This document shows positions 12,720 through 25,475 of a DNA stretch of 60,000 nucleotides, piece after piece. The position numbers and the translations under genes are program-made. The stretch spans positions 111,602,001 to 111,662,000 of the forward strand of contig NC_086107.1 of NCBI RefSeq assembly GCF_963921235.1. Direction: 5' to 3'. Under the pieces are notes generated by a model. It was given only the letters and a program-made list of their open reading frames with translations. It was not told the origin of the DNA and ran no database searches. How positions within the stretch are numbered: the stretch's first letter is position 1; each line of letters begins with the position of its first letter. This DNA comes from Mobula hypostoma. Taxonomy: Eukaryota.

Positions 12720-13380
12720 CTTGAGTTCATTTTTGACCCATCCCTTTTGTACAGGTCATATCTTCCTCAGAAGAGACTGCAATGATCCAGAAATCTGAAC
12801 CCCTGCCCCCTGCACAAGTTCCTCAGCAATGTATCCAACTTGCAAGTCATTCTATTCTTACCGTCACTGACACTGGCAGCAATCCAGAGATCACCGCCCT
12901 TGAGGCCTGCTTCTCAGCTTTCTAACTTGCTCTGGAAAATCTCTCTTTAGGACCTCCTCACCTTGTCTACCTATGTCATTGGTGCTAATACCACCAAGAC
13001 TTCTGGCTGCTTACCCTTGACCTTGGGAATGCCATGAATCCACTCCAAGACCTCCCTGATCCTGGCAACCGGGGAGGCAACATACCATCCGAATGTCTCC
13101 ATTGCACACACAGAACGTTGCCTCTGTTCCTCTGACTAAGGAACCTCCTATCAACACTGCAGTCCTCTTCACCCCTCTGCTCTTCTGAGCCACAACACAA
13201 GATGCCGTGCCAGAGACCCGGTTACTGTGGTGCCCCCGGTAGGTTATCCCCCTCAATAGTATCTACTTATATACTGTACTTACAGATTATATACTAATCT
13301 AATAGTATAATTATTATTGAGGGGAACGGCTACAGGTGTACTCTGCACTGGCTATGCATATCCCCCTCCTTCTGGCAGTC
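12720..13380 (-). mobile_element. CR1 ORF1 (GDSL-esterase-like) fragment
   Basis: AVLIGGSLVRGTE...RMVCCLPG. Confidence 0.65.
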
Positions 13381-13409
13381 CATTCTGAAATCAGATGGGA
13401 AAGGAGAAT

Positions 13410-13684
13410 CGTCATCGTCATGACTATCCCTCGAGGTCGAGGATGATGGTCTTCATTCTGAAGAAGTGGCCCACAGAGCGAAGACGCCTGTGCGTGTATT
13501 TGTTTAACGTGTACTTGATGTTGCACTCCAAGAAGCACACCATACTTCACAAATCAACCAACTGATTCCAATGGCGTGGAAACTACGACGATTGGAGCTG
13601 ATGGATTTGTTGCAGCCTTCATCCGCCTTCACAGCCATTGAGTTCCAAGTAACTTCGTCTGCCTGTTCCACCGTTGAGGTCTTG
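13410..13684 (-). mobile_element. Short non-autonomous retroelement with an RTE-like 3' end
   Basis: 8-bp TSD AGGAGAAT (13402-13409, 13685-13692); (ATGACG)n tail on the minus strand. Confidence 0.6.
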
Positions 13685-13692
13685 AGGAGAAT

Positions 13693-14240
13693 GAGCTGTT
13701 CCCGAATTATTGAGTGTATGCCTTCAGGCTTCTATACCTCCTTTGTGATGGTCGCAATGAGAAGAGGGCATCACCCGAGTGAGGGGGGTCCTTAATAACG
13801 GACGCTGCCTTTTTCAGGCATCGCTCCTTGAAGATGTCCTGCATACTACAGAGGTCAATGCCCGTGATGGAGCTGAGTAAGTTCACAACTTTCTGCAGCT
13901 TCTTTTGACACTGTGCGGTGACACCACCCACCTGCCCACACCAGACAATGATGCAGCCAGTTAGAATGCTCTCCATGCTACATCTGCAGAAATTTATGAG
14001 GCCTTTGGTGGCATGCCAAATCTCCTCAAACTAAAAATGAAATACAGCCGCTGTCCTGCTTTCTTTATGGCAGCATCAATACGTTTGGCACAGGACAGAT
14101 CCTCAGAGTTGTTGATGCCCAGGAACTTGAAATTGCGCACTCTTTCCACTTCTGATCCCTCTATGAGGACTGGTGTGTGTTCCCTTGTCTTACCCTTTCT
14201 GAAGTCCACAATCAGTTCTCTGATCTTATTGACGTCAAAT
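13693..14240 (-). mobile_element. Decayed Rex1/Babar-type LINE fragment
   Basis: DFRK...IEGSEVERVRNFKFLG; ESILTGCIIVW; KKAASVIKDPPH. Confidence 0.75.
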
Positions 14241-14607
14241 CCACTTACAATCTCCTCTTTTCCAAGAACAAATGCAGTTTTTCCAGCCCATTCCCATAAC
14301 TAGTCCCTCATTCCCGGAATCATTGCTTTAAAGCTCACAAAGCCTTCATAACTTTCCTGAAGTTTGGCATGGAACTGAACACAAAACCTTGTAAGCAGTG
14401 CTATATAAGAGATAAAAGTCCCATTATAGTCTATGCCTCTATTCAGAAAGATCAGGATCCCACATGCTTTTTAAACTGCTTCTCAATTTGCTCTTCAACT
14501 TTTGTAATGCACATAAGATGATAAGATGATAAGTCATAGGAGCATAAACAGCCATTTGGTCCATCAAGTCTGCTCCGCCATTCAATCAAGGCTAATATAC
14601 ACATGTA

Positions 14608-14765
14608 AACAACAGGAATTCTGCAGATGCTGGAAATTCAAGCAACATACATCAAAGTTGCTGGTGAACGCAGCAGGCCAAGCAGCATCTATAGGAAGAG
14701 GCGCCTCTTCCTATAGATGCTGCTTGGCCTGCTGCGTTCACCAGCAACTTTGATGTATGTTGCTT
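14608..14765. repeat. Penelope-terminus insertion containing a perfect 126-bp palindrome
   Basis: Arms 14640-14702 and 14703-14765; direct repeat TAATATACACATGTA at 14593-14607 and 14765-14779. Confidence 0.9.
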
Positions 14766-15059
14766 AATATACACATGTACTCTATCCGGTGCCTTTTAGA
14801 ATTGCGCTCACTTGTTTAGTTAGCTTCTCCTCCCAATCAAAAAGGATATTTCATACTTTTGTCTGTGATATTTCATGAACCTGATTTCTGCCCATTTCAT
14901 CAGCCCGAGTAGACTGTCTTAAGATCTATGTCTGTCTATCTTTCAGTTCACTACTCCTCCAAATTTTGTTGCTGCAAATTCATAACCAGTGCCTTGCACA
15001 CCTGTCCTTTTCTTAATCTACAGCATGACAAGCAGTGGCACTTGTATGGGCTCCTAAAG

Positions 15060-15450
15060 AGTACAGAGAAAATTTACAAGGAAGTTGCCGGGACTTGAGG
15101 ATCTGAATTATAGGGAGAGGTTAAGTAGGTTATTCCCTTGCGGCATAGTAGATTGAGGGGAGTTTTGATACAAAATTATGAGGATATAGATATAGGATAA
15201 ATGCAAGCAGCATTTTTCCACTGAGGTCAGGTGACACCAGAACTAGAGGTCATGGGTTAAGGGTGAAAGGTAAAATATTTAAGGGGGAATTTCTTCACTC
15301 AGAGGGAGGTAAGAGTAGGGAGTGGGCTTCCAGCGGAAGTGTTGCATGCAGGTTTGATTTCAACATTTAAGAGAAGTTTAGAGAAGTGCCTAGATGCGGA
15401 GGGGTGTGGAGGGCTATGATCTGGGCACAGGTGGATGTAACTAGGCAGAA
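15060..15450 (+). mobile_element. Decayed CR1 3' fragment
   Basis: RVQRKFTRKLPGL...TRGHGLRVKG similarity. Confidence 0.7.
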
Positions 15451-15454
15451 TAAC

Positions 15455-16310
15455 CACCCCATCAGCCTCTGCATCCAATGCGATATCCTTTGCAACTTGG
15501 GCCATCTCCGAAGGGGTTGAACCACTAAACATATGTTTACCTCCCCCCCACCACCCCTCCGATTTCCCCAGCGGTCTCTCTTTCTGGGATTCCCTTTTCC
15601 ATTCGTCCCTCCCCACTAGTCTCCCTCCCGGCACTTATCCCTGCAAGTGGCCTAAGTGCTACACCTGTCCATTCACCTCCTCCCTCACCTCCATTCAGGG
15701 CCCAAATAGTTCTTCCAGGTGAGGCAACACCCCACCTGTGAATCTGCTGGGGTCGTGTATTGTGTCCGCTGCTCCCCATGCAGCCTCCTCTACACTGATG
15801 AGACCTGTCGTAAATGGGGGGGGGGCTGCTCTGAGCACCTCAGCTCCATCTGCCGCAAGCCGAACTTCCCAATGGCCAAACGTTTTAATTCCCGTTCCAG
15901 TTCCAACTTATTGATTTCTTCTTCCGGTAAAAAATGTTTCCCTCCCCCAGCTTCATCTTCTGTTCCCCACTCTGGTCTCTTACCTCGTCTCACCTGTCTA
16001 TCACCTCCCCCTGGGTCCCCTCCTCCTTCCCTTTCTCCTATGGTCCACTCTCCTCCCCTATCAGATTCCTTCTTCCCAGCCTTTGACCTTCCCCACCCAC
16101 CTGGCTTCACCTATCACCTTCCAGCTAGCCTCCTTATCCTCCCCACCAGCTTCTTATTCTGACATCTTTCCCCTTCCTTCTCAGTCCTGCTGAAGGGTCT
16201 CAGCCCAAAACATTAACGGTTTATTCCCCTCCATAGATGCTGCCTGACCTGCTGAGTCCCTCCGGCATTTTGTGGATGTTGCTCTGGATTTGCAGACTTT
16301 CTCGTGTTTA
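15455..16310 (+). mobile_element. Decayed Penelope-like element
   Basis: TCESAGVVYCVRCSPCSLLYTDET; terminal repeat with a degenerate hammerhead near 16182-16220. Confidence 0.75.
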
Positions 16311-18105
16311 GACGTAGGTAGAATAATAATTCAGCATGGATTGAATGGGCTGAAGATCCTGTTTCTGTAACGTGGTGCTCTATAACTTTGCGTCTCTAAG
16401 ACCACTGTACACTTCCCTCCAGTCTGACAAACAACTGTTCACTGCTACTCTCTCTAAGTTAAATTCACTTCATGGTGCTCTTGCCCCGTTTATTTCATGG
16501 GCTGCAATCACAAGGAGTAGTGTTTTACTAAACACCTTTACAATGTCCATGTATGACACATAATTAAATTTTCTTCAATAGCTCCATTTAATATCAGAGA
16601 ATGTATATGATATTATACAACCTGAGATTCTTGTTCCTTGCAGACATCCACAAAAACAGAAGAATTCCAAAGAATGAGTGTCAGTCAAAGCGTTCAAACC
16701 CCAATGCCTCCCCACTCCCCCCTCCCTCCTCCCACGCACAAGCAGCAGCAAAGCATTGACTCTCCCCCTCCCCCTCTTATTTCAGCAAAAAGCATCAGCA
16801 CCCTCCGCCCTCCAAGCAAGCAATAGCAAAGCCCCCAAGAAAGGAGAAGTCGGATCTCGGGCAGAAGGGATTTGATTTTGATGCTCGTACAACTGGCCCG
16901 GGTGCCGAGCTGATTTTGAAGAGCTAGAGAGCAGCTTCAAGCTGGGTGACAAAACCTCTGCCTGGAGCGAGTTGCTGGGTGGCGTGATCTAGGCCTGGGG
17001 CCTTTCACAGCAGCGGTACCTGGGTCCTAGTGCGAGGTACAATGGGCTGTTTAGACAGTTTAAACGCCGGCCCAGATCGGAGGCGAGGGCTGATTTCACT
17101 CACTCTCCACGATCTTCACTCCTCTCTCCAGGGTGCCAAAGACTTTCACTGTTCCGTTGTTCGGTCAATTTATACCCTGGCCCAAGTAGACTGAAAAGAT
17201 AGGGTGTCGGTATGGACAAGAGCCGATTTCGCTCGTTATCTGCGATAGTCATCTCCATAGCACTGAGGTTACGAAGACTGTCCTGGCTGCTGTGCTCCAT
17301 GCTCACTAATATGACGAACTGATAAGTGAGGCTTTAGGCCTACTCCGGGCTGTTTTCGGTTTCGGATCTGAGGACTCAATTTTGGTTCAGAATGTTATTC
17401 GCTTCAATTGTTTGCATGACCTGTATTTTTTTTCTTTCTCTTGCACGTCGGGCTTTGCTCTCTTATTTATTCTTTTTTTAAACTTTTTTTTCTTTAAATT
17501 GGGTTCCTTGCTTTGCGGCCACCCGTGAGTAAGTAAGGCTGTATAATTTGTACATTCTTTGATAATAAATGTACTTGAAACTTGAATCTTGAAGACCATG
17601 AACTGCAGTACTACAAAAACTAATTGCTCACACGACAATTCAACATACCACAGGCTCTCCCTAAAGGGACAGAGAGGTGTCACACGGCGAGAGGGGAGAC
17701 TAACAGGACCAAAAGAAAAGACACTTGCTGCTTTATGAGATGCTTAATTGGTTGAGAAGTGGTATACAAAGGCAGTGAGGGTATGCTAGAGATACAGACA
17801 TCACTTGTCTGACAAGAAGTTGAGAGCTGGTCAGCACGTTGCAGAAAACTGCAACAGCACTGGACAGGATGCAGAAGTGGTTGTAAGGCTAAGGACACCA
17901 ATAGGATCTAAACAAATGTATTTCCTGAGAGAATTTTCTCACTCCAGAACTCCTTCCTATTGTTTACCCCTGGAGAGTTTGAGAAGGCTTTACCTACCAT
18001 GAACCAATTGACGGTTGGAATATAGTTGCAATCTACACTTTGACCTCAGTCAGGTGGCCTTGCGACATGTTCAGAGAGCAAGTCACAATGCAAGATTTGA
18101 AGTTT

Positions 18106-18400
18106 CTTTTTTTTTTGGCGTGTGCCTGCGTGTGTGTGTGTCCGTGCGTGCGTCCGTGATGATGGATTTTTCATGGCTTTTTACAAGACGCAGAGCGAGC
18201 GAGAGAGAGACTGTGGCTCGCCATTCCTCACACAGACATTTTTGCCGTATTTTCCCTTTGTTTTACGAGGTCGAGTTGCGATCTCGACACTCAACCCAGC
18301 ATGGATGGAAAGCGTGCTTGGGGGCGGACCCGACCGGTTTCGAACCCGGGAACCTCCGCTCCCAGGTCCAGCACTGATGTCATTGCGCCACCAGCCGGCC
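18106..18400 (-). mobile_element. tRNA-derived SINE with poly(A) tail
   Basis: A box TGGCGCAATG and B box GGTTCGAAAC on minus; 15-bp TSD CAAG(A/G)TTTGAAGTTT at 18091-18105 and 18401-18415. Confidence 0.8.
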
Positions 18401-19029
18401 CAAGGTTTGAAGTTTTTTGCGGTTTTTGGTAGGGTGGGTATGAAATGAATTTTAACTTTTGGTAGACTGCTGTGGTCAAATGTGAATGAATCAGAATTTC
18501 CCTCAGTCTAATGGCAGACAACTGGAGAATGTCATGCTCCTCTTCACTGCCCTCTATGGTACAGAAATCAAATTAAAATTTAGCTTCCCAGAGCATAGAA
18601 CAGTGGGATACAGGGTCAGACCTTTTGGCCACAATGCCAGGTAGGTCTTCATGCCAATTTTAAACTAAACTTCATGGTTATGAAACACAATCACATGAGC
18701 TTCTCTGTATTGTATTGTAATGACTGAAATTGTGCTCAATATTTCAAGTAAAAACTACTAATCATCCCCTTCCTTCTTATTCTGGCTTCTTCCCAAATCT
18801 GTTCCAGTCCCAATGGAAAGGATCTTGCCTTGAAACGTCAGCTGTTTATTCCACTCCACTGATGCTGCCTGACCTGCTGAGTTCCTCCAATACTTTGCCT
18901 GTGTGTTGCTTTCCCTCCCTGCTTTTCAATTATATATCCCAGTGCAAATACAGAGGTTTATTTTGATAATACTCCAACAGAACTGGACTCACAACTGAAA
19001 TGAACTTGATGCCAGTATAAAGAATGACT

Positions 19030-20130
19030 CCTCCGCTCCATCTGCAAAAGCGGAACTTCCCAGTGGCCAAACACTTCAGTTCCCATTCCCATTCCCATTT
19101 CGATGTGTCAGTCCATGGTCTCCTCTTGTGCCAAGGTGAAGCCGTCCTCGGGGTGGATGAGCGACACCTCATGTTCCGCCCCCCACTCCCCTCTGTGGCC
19201 TCTTACTTCTTCTCACCTGCCTATCACCTTGCCAGTCCTCTCCTCATTCCCTTTCTCCACTCTCCTCTCCAGCCCTTTACCTTTACTACTTCCGTGCTTC
19301 AGCTATCATCCACTTCCCCTCACCCCACCTTTCCATTCTGTCATCTCCCCTCCTTCCAGCGAACGGTATGCTGGCATTCATAGCGAGAGGACTCGAGTAC
19401 AGGAGCAGGGAGGTACTACTGCGGTTGTACAAGGCCTTGGTGAGACCACACCTGGAGTATTGTGTGCAGTTTTGGTCCCCTAATCTGAGGAAAGGCATCC
19501 TTGCCATAGAGGGAGTACAAAGAAGGTTCACCAGATTGATTCCTGGGATGGGCGGGACTTTCATATGATGGAAGACTGGATCGACTAGGCTTATACTCAC
19601 CGGAATTTAGAAGATTGAGGGGGGATCTTATTGAAACGTATAAAATCCTAAAGGGATTGGACAGGCTAGATGCAGGAAGATTGTTCCCGATGTTGGGGAA
19701 GTCCAGAACGAGGGGCCACAGTTTGAGGATAAAGGGGAAGCCTTTTAGGACCGAGATTAGGAAAAACTTCTTCACACAGAGAGTGGTGGATCTGTGGAAT
19801 TCTCTGCCACAGGAAACAGTTGGGGCCAGTTCATTGGCTATATTTAAGAGGGAGTTAGATAAGGCCCTTGTGGCTAAAGGGATCAGGGGGTATGGAGGGA
19901 AGGCTGGTACAGGGTTCTGAGTTGGATGATCAGCCATGATCATACTGAATGGTGGTGCAGGCTCAAAGGGCCGAATGGCCTACTCCTGCACCTATTTTCT
20001 ATGTTTCTGTTTCTATGTTTCCTTTCCAGGACTGAAGAAGGATCTCAGCCGGAAACGTCAACTGTTCATTCCTCTCCATAGATGCTGCTGGTCCTGCTGT
20101 GTTCCTCCAGCATTTCATGGGTGTTGCTAA
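19030..20130 (+). mobile_element. Penelope-like 3' fragment split by a CR1 insertion
   Basis: PVAKHFSSHSHS similarity; terminal repeat resumes at ~20020 with CTGAAGA...GAAACGTC. Confidence 0.65.
19358..20020 (+). mobile_element. CR1 LINE, 5'-truncated
   Basis: Near-identical to 1550-2302. Confidence 0.9.
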
Positions 20131-21964
20131 GGAGAACTTGTTCTCTTTCTGATAATTCTTTCTTCCCAGACATCTGTTAATACATGCTCATGAAAGATGC
20201 TTAGAGTGTAAATAAGTTACAAAGAGGTCTTGCACAACTTATTATTTTGATGGATGATCTTTCCAATGAAAGACTGCCTAATTAATCTCTCTGAAAGGAA
20301 AACAACCAACCAAACCTCCTGATTTGTTCCACCTGCAAAAGAAATAAATGGATTCTTTGATTAATTTCCTGGCACACGTCCAAGGCTCAGCTCTGTCTTT
20401 GAGCCAACACCCTTTGCTGTTGAATCACAATTAATTTGAAGTAGTCTTCTTGGTTTTCTTTCCGTAAAATTTTGCATCAGACTGGATCAGTTCATGACAC
20501 TTAATGCTTAAAACCGTGAAAGGATGCGACAGTGGTACGCAGGAGACGATCTCCAAATGCTCAACATGTCGAACTTTGAAGTGAATGTTCTACAGCAGCA
20601 GAAGATCATGAACATGAACTCAGTGGCCACTTTATTAAGTACAGGAAGTAGGCTGAGGCTGTGGAATTCAGTAGTTGAATCAACAGCAACCCCATTGATT
20701 TAACATTGAACTAGATTGATGCTTGAAAAAAAATAGTGGGGAGAATAGTCTCAGGCTGCAGAAAGATTTTGATTGGCTCTAAACTGGGAAGAGCGAACAA
20801 GGGTGGAATCCAGCCTTGATGTGTGTGGGGAGAGGTCAATCTGAGCCTGAGGGAATATTGAGGAACTGAGGGACCTTGGTGTACATCTCCAAAGATTCCT
20901 GAAGGTGGCAGCACGTGCAGGTAGGATAGGAATGTGAAACATGGGAGATCAAAGACTCAAATCTTCAAAGTACATTTATTATCAAAGTATGTATATATTG
21001 TATAACCTCCAGATTTGTATCCTAAAAACAGAAACCCAGAAAAAAAATCGTCAAACACCTGATGTGCATAGAGAGAAAAAAAAATCATGCAAACAATAAA
21101 GGCAAGCATATAGCGTTCTGAACTGAAGTCCACAAAGAGAGTCCATCCTCAGACTCTTAGTTCAGCGCAAATTAGAGCAGTGAGCTGAACTGGTCTGTCC
21201 TTCACCTTGGGCCCCGACAATCTGGTGTTTTCAACCTGGCCCAGTGTTTAACTCATCGTTCGCACCTTGGATTCAACTGCTTCCATGCACTCCAGGCCTG
21301 GATCCTGCTGACTCAGTTCAGCCTGTATCTGACCTTTCCGATTTGACCCGGTGCTTAGACTGTCTTCCAAACATCGGGTTCAGTTGCTTTTGTACATTCT
21401 AGGGTCTGGGCCATGCCATCTCGATTCGGCCTGTACCCGGCCTTTCAGATTCAGTCCGGCGCTTAAATCAATCGAACCTCGGATCTTCCTCACTCTCGGT
21501 GATGGGTCCACTCTCCTCGCCCCGCCTCGGTAATACCACATCGAATTGCTTCCAAGCCCAAAGGGAAGTTACGGACCACTGCTTGCGATGACCGTTTGTC
21601 AGAAAAAGACTGACTTCATTCGCCAATGCTGAGATTCACCCGCACCTTCTTAAACTGGAAGGAATCTGCAGGTGCTGGAAATGCGGGGAAACGCACACAC
21701 AGTGCTGGAGGAACTCAGCAGGTCGGGCAGAATGTTGGCCTTCATTAGCTGGGGCATAGAATATAATGGCAGGAAAGTTATAGTATAACTTTATAAAACA
21801 TGGTGATGCCACACAGGGAATAGGGTGTACAGTGTGGTTTTTGTTTTGTGTTCCATCCAGACAATGCCATATATAAAGGATCAGGGTTCAGCTTTACTCG
21901 GCATTTCGTGTGACAGAAATTTGCTGTTTTGTGTTGGTCAGGGGGCAACATTCAATAAAAATCG

Positions 21965-22540
21965 ACATCACAGCCTGGTATGGAAACACCAATGCCCTTG
22001 AACGGCAAATCCTACGAAGAGTAGTGGATACGGCCCAGTCCATCACGGAGAAAGTTCTCCCCACCACTGAGCACGTCTGCAAGGAGCACTGTTGCAGGAA
22101 AGCAGCGTCAAGGACCCTCACCGCTCAAGTCGTGCTCCCTTCTCGCTGCAGCCATCAGGAAAAAGGGAACGGAGCCTCAAGACTCACATCACCACGTTCA
22201 GGAACGGTTATTAACCCTCAACCATCAGACTCTTGAACCAGAAGGTATAACTTCCCTCACCCCATCACTGAACTGTTCCCACAACTTATGAACACTTCAT
22301 CTCATGCTCTGGATATTTATTGCTTATTTATTTATTATTAATATTTCTTCTGTATTTGCATAGTTTGCTCTTTTGCACATTGACTGTTTGTCTATCCAGT
22401 TGGGTGCGGTCTTTCATTGATTCTGTTGTGGTTCATGGATTTACTGAGCAAACCCGCAAGGAAACAGATCTCAAGAGTTGTATACGGTGACAAATATGTA
22501 CTTTGATAATAAATTTACTTTGAACATTGAATTTTGAATT
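21965..22540 (+). mobile_element. Decayed Rex1/Babar-type 3' fragment
   Basis: ITAWYGNTNALERQILRRVVDTAQSIT. Confidence 0.7.
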
Positions 22541-22759
22541 ATAAATAATTACATTAAAATAAAGTTAGAGGCTTAAGGATGTGGAATAAATACATGAATA
22601 CATAAATACCAGCATGTATTTACAATATAAACAGGATTCTAAATAGTGGTTTAAAATGTTTACAGAACAGTGCAGTGATGGGGTAATAGACGGAGGGGGC
22701 GTGGGGGCTAACTAGAATGGTTGATCAGATTAGCTGTAACAAGGAAGAAACTTTTAAGA

Positions 22760-24110
22760 CAGCATGAAGTTTTTTGTTATAATAGCCCTTCAGTGCTTTC
22801 AGAAGGGAGCTTTTGGAAAAGCTGTTTGCAGAGTGCATAGGGTCGGAAATAATTTTTCTGCCTGCCCCTTTGTCCTGGACACACCCGGGTCCTGCGATGA
22901 TGGTAGGCTGCAGCCATTGACCTCTTCTGCTGACCTGACAGTTCACTGTAAGTTTTGTGTATGGTGAGAGGATGCTGCACCGAACCAGAATGTGACGGCT
23001 GATGTGAGGATGCTCGCTATGATGTCAGTGGAGAATTGCACCAGTATGTGCTGGGGAAGGTGGAATTTTACCAACCGCCACAAGAAGGGAAACACAGTGA
23101 CTTTCATTAGGACATAAGTGTGGCTATTGTTAGGATGGGAAATAGCTTCTTCCCCCAGGCTGGGAGATTCCCTGCCACCACCCTGATTTCATTCTGTATA
23201 CAGCACCAGTAGTGTTTACTTTTTAACAGACACTGACAGAATCAACAAACTCATTCGTAAGGCCAGTGATGTTGTGGGGATGGAACTGGACTCTCTCACG
23301 GTGGTGTCTGAAAAGAGGATGCTGTCCAAGTTGCATGCCATCTTGGACAATGTCTCCCATCCACTACATAATGGACTGGTTGGGCACAGGAGTACATTCA
23401 GCCAGAGACTCATTCCACCGAGATGCAACACAGAGCGTCATAGGAAGTCATTCCTGCCTGTGGCCATCAAACTTTACAACTCCTCCCTTGGAGGGTCAGA
23501 CACCCTGAGCCAATAGGCTGGTCCTAGACTTATTTCATAATTTACTGGCATCATTTACATATTACTATTTAACTATTTATGGTTCTATTACTATTTATTA
23601 TTTATGGTGCAACTGTAACGAAAACCAATTTCCCCCAGGATCAGTAAAGTATGACTATGATTACGACTACGTCATAAATGCACCTTATTATTTTGTAAAC
23701 TTACTGGGGGTAATATTACTTTATGTGTTGTGTATGTGAGTTATAGTGTCACTTGGTCTGGAGGAACATTGTTTCGTTTAGCTGTATACACGTGTACGGC
23801 TGAATAACAATAAACTTCAACTTGAATTTGAAGTATGTCCTCTGCCGAGCCCTTTTCTCATGGAAGGAGATACGGTTCTCCCACATGAGGTCCTGTGAAA
23901 TCATGCCACCCGTGAACCTGAATGTAAAAACAGTGCTAACTGTAGAGTTCTTGATGATGAGTGGATGGAGAGGAGACACCATTTCTCCTGGAGTCAATCT
24001 GCATCCCTACGGATTTGAGGGTGTTCTGCTCCAAGTTGTTGTGATTGCACCAGGACTTCCAGCTTGTCCACTTCCTGGTGGCTCTCGGATTTGTTGCCTC
24101 ATTGAGATGG
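22760..24110 (-). mobile_element. Old Rex1/Babar-type RT remnant interrupted by younger insertions
   Basis: Minus-strand SWCNHNNLEQNTLK...ISQDLMWEN (23870-24070) and FHLPQHILVQF...ILTSAVTFWFG (22950-23085). Confidence 0.6.
23228..23672 (+). mobile_element. Young Rex1/Babar-type 3' fragment
   Basis: Same family as 718-1083. Confidence 0.8.
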
Positions 24111-24924
24111 TGAGAAAGGTTTGCTTAATCTCTTACTTCATGATCCAATGCACCAAATCCAGGCAGGGGTTTCAGTGCCCGACTACGGCCATGCTTTCAA
24201 GTTGCGGATGATGCAAAGTTATGACGGAATGTAGGTATAAATAAACGATAGTATGTCCTGACCTTTTACAAATCAATCTGCATCTCTTATTAGCTCAGGA
24301 GTCTGCTGGTTCGATCTAAGGAAACTATACTTAGATTAAAACATAGGCACAGTTTTTACACCCTGTGGGTGACTTGGTTCCTCACTGATTTCGCCAGTAT
24401 GGGAGACTGAAACATCGGGACGGCAGGTGGTGTGCGTTGCTGTCGGACGAAGATGCCTGTAGACATTCTCTCTCTCTCCCCCCCCCCACCCTTCTCCCTC
24501 TCTCTCTCCTTCTCCCTCTCTCCTTTATTTGTCACATGCAATCAAAACAAGCAGTGAATTCTGTCATTTTGCGTCAGTAGCCAACACAGGCCGAGGATTG
24601 TGCTGTGTGCAATCCACAAGTGTTGCCAAGCTTCTGTCGCTGACATAGCATGCCCGCAACTCACTACCCCTCACCTGTCTGTCTTTGGAAACCAGAGAAA
24701 ACCCGCAGAGTCATGAGGAGTACACGCAAACTCCTTACAGACAGCGGTGGAATTGAATCCCAATCTGTGATCGCTCGCTCTGGAAAGTGATCGTTCTGAC
24801 CACTATGCTACCATGCTGCTGCCCGCCTTCTTAGAATTAGATGTCAAAGAGATTACTTTTTCACAAAGTCTATTTTAAGGTTTATTTCTTTGAACAGAAA
24901 CACATATGTACATCCTTTACAATA

Positions 24925-25475
24925 CAATCATGAGAAAGTCTGCAGTTGTTGGAAATCCTGAGCAACGCAGACAAAATACAGGTCAGGCAGCAGCTATGGA
25001 AATGAATAGATGGTCATCATTTTGGGCCGACACCCTTCTTCAGGACTGACGAGGAAGGGGGAAGATCCCAAAATATAAAGATGGGGGGGACTCTAGGTAC
25101 CCTCCAACCTAATGGTATGAATACCGATTTCACCTTTTGGTGAACAAATTTCCTCCCTCCCCTTCCTCTATTCCCCACTCTGACGTTTTATTTCTTCTCA
25201 GCTGCCTATCTCTTCCACCTGGATCCCCTTCCTCCTTCCCTTCTCCTATGCTCTACTCTCCCCTCCTATCAGATTCCTTCTTCTCTATCCCTTTACCCTT
25301 CCCACCTACCTGGCTCCATCTATCTCCTTCCCATCTGCCTACCTTTTTATTCTGGTGTCTTGCCCCCCTTCCTTCTCAGTCCTGATGAAGGGTCTCGGCC
25401 TGAAACGTCGACTGTTTATTCTTTTCCATAGATGCTGCCTGACCTGCTAAGTTCCTCCAGCATTTTGTGTGTGTC
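24925..25475. mobile_element. Penelope-like fragment with inverted terminal repeats
   Basis: Minus-strand terminal repeat at 24925-25090 back-to-back with a plus-strand copy at 25091-25475. Confidence 0.75.
25377..25414 (+). ncRNA. Minimal type I hammerhead ribozyme motif with intact core
   Basis: Stem I CAGTC/GACTG; CTGATGA; short stem II; GAAAC-GTC; predicted cleavage after C25409. Confidence 0.75.

Noticed and set aside
18325..18400. tRNA gene
   Set aside because: It is the head of a TSD-flanked SINE
20618..20645. Tc1-like TIR CAGTGGCCACTTTATT
   Set aside because: No partner inverted repeat found
23822..24211. 129-aa plus-strand ORF as a host exon
   Set aside because: Antisense shadow of a decayed Rex1/Babar RT
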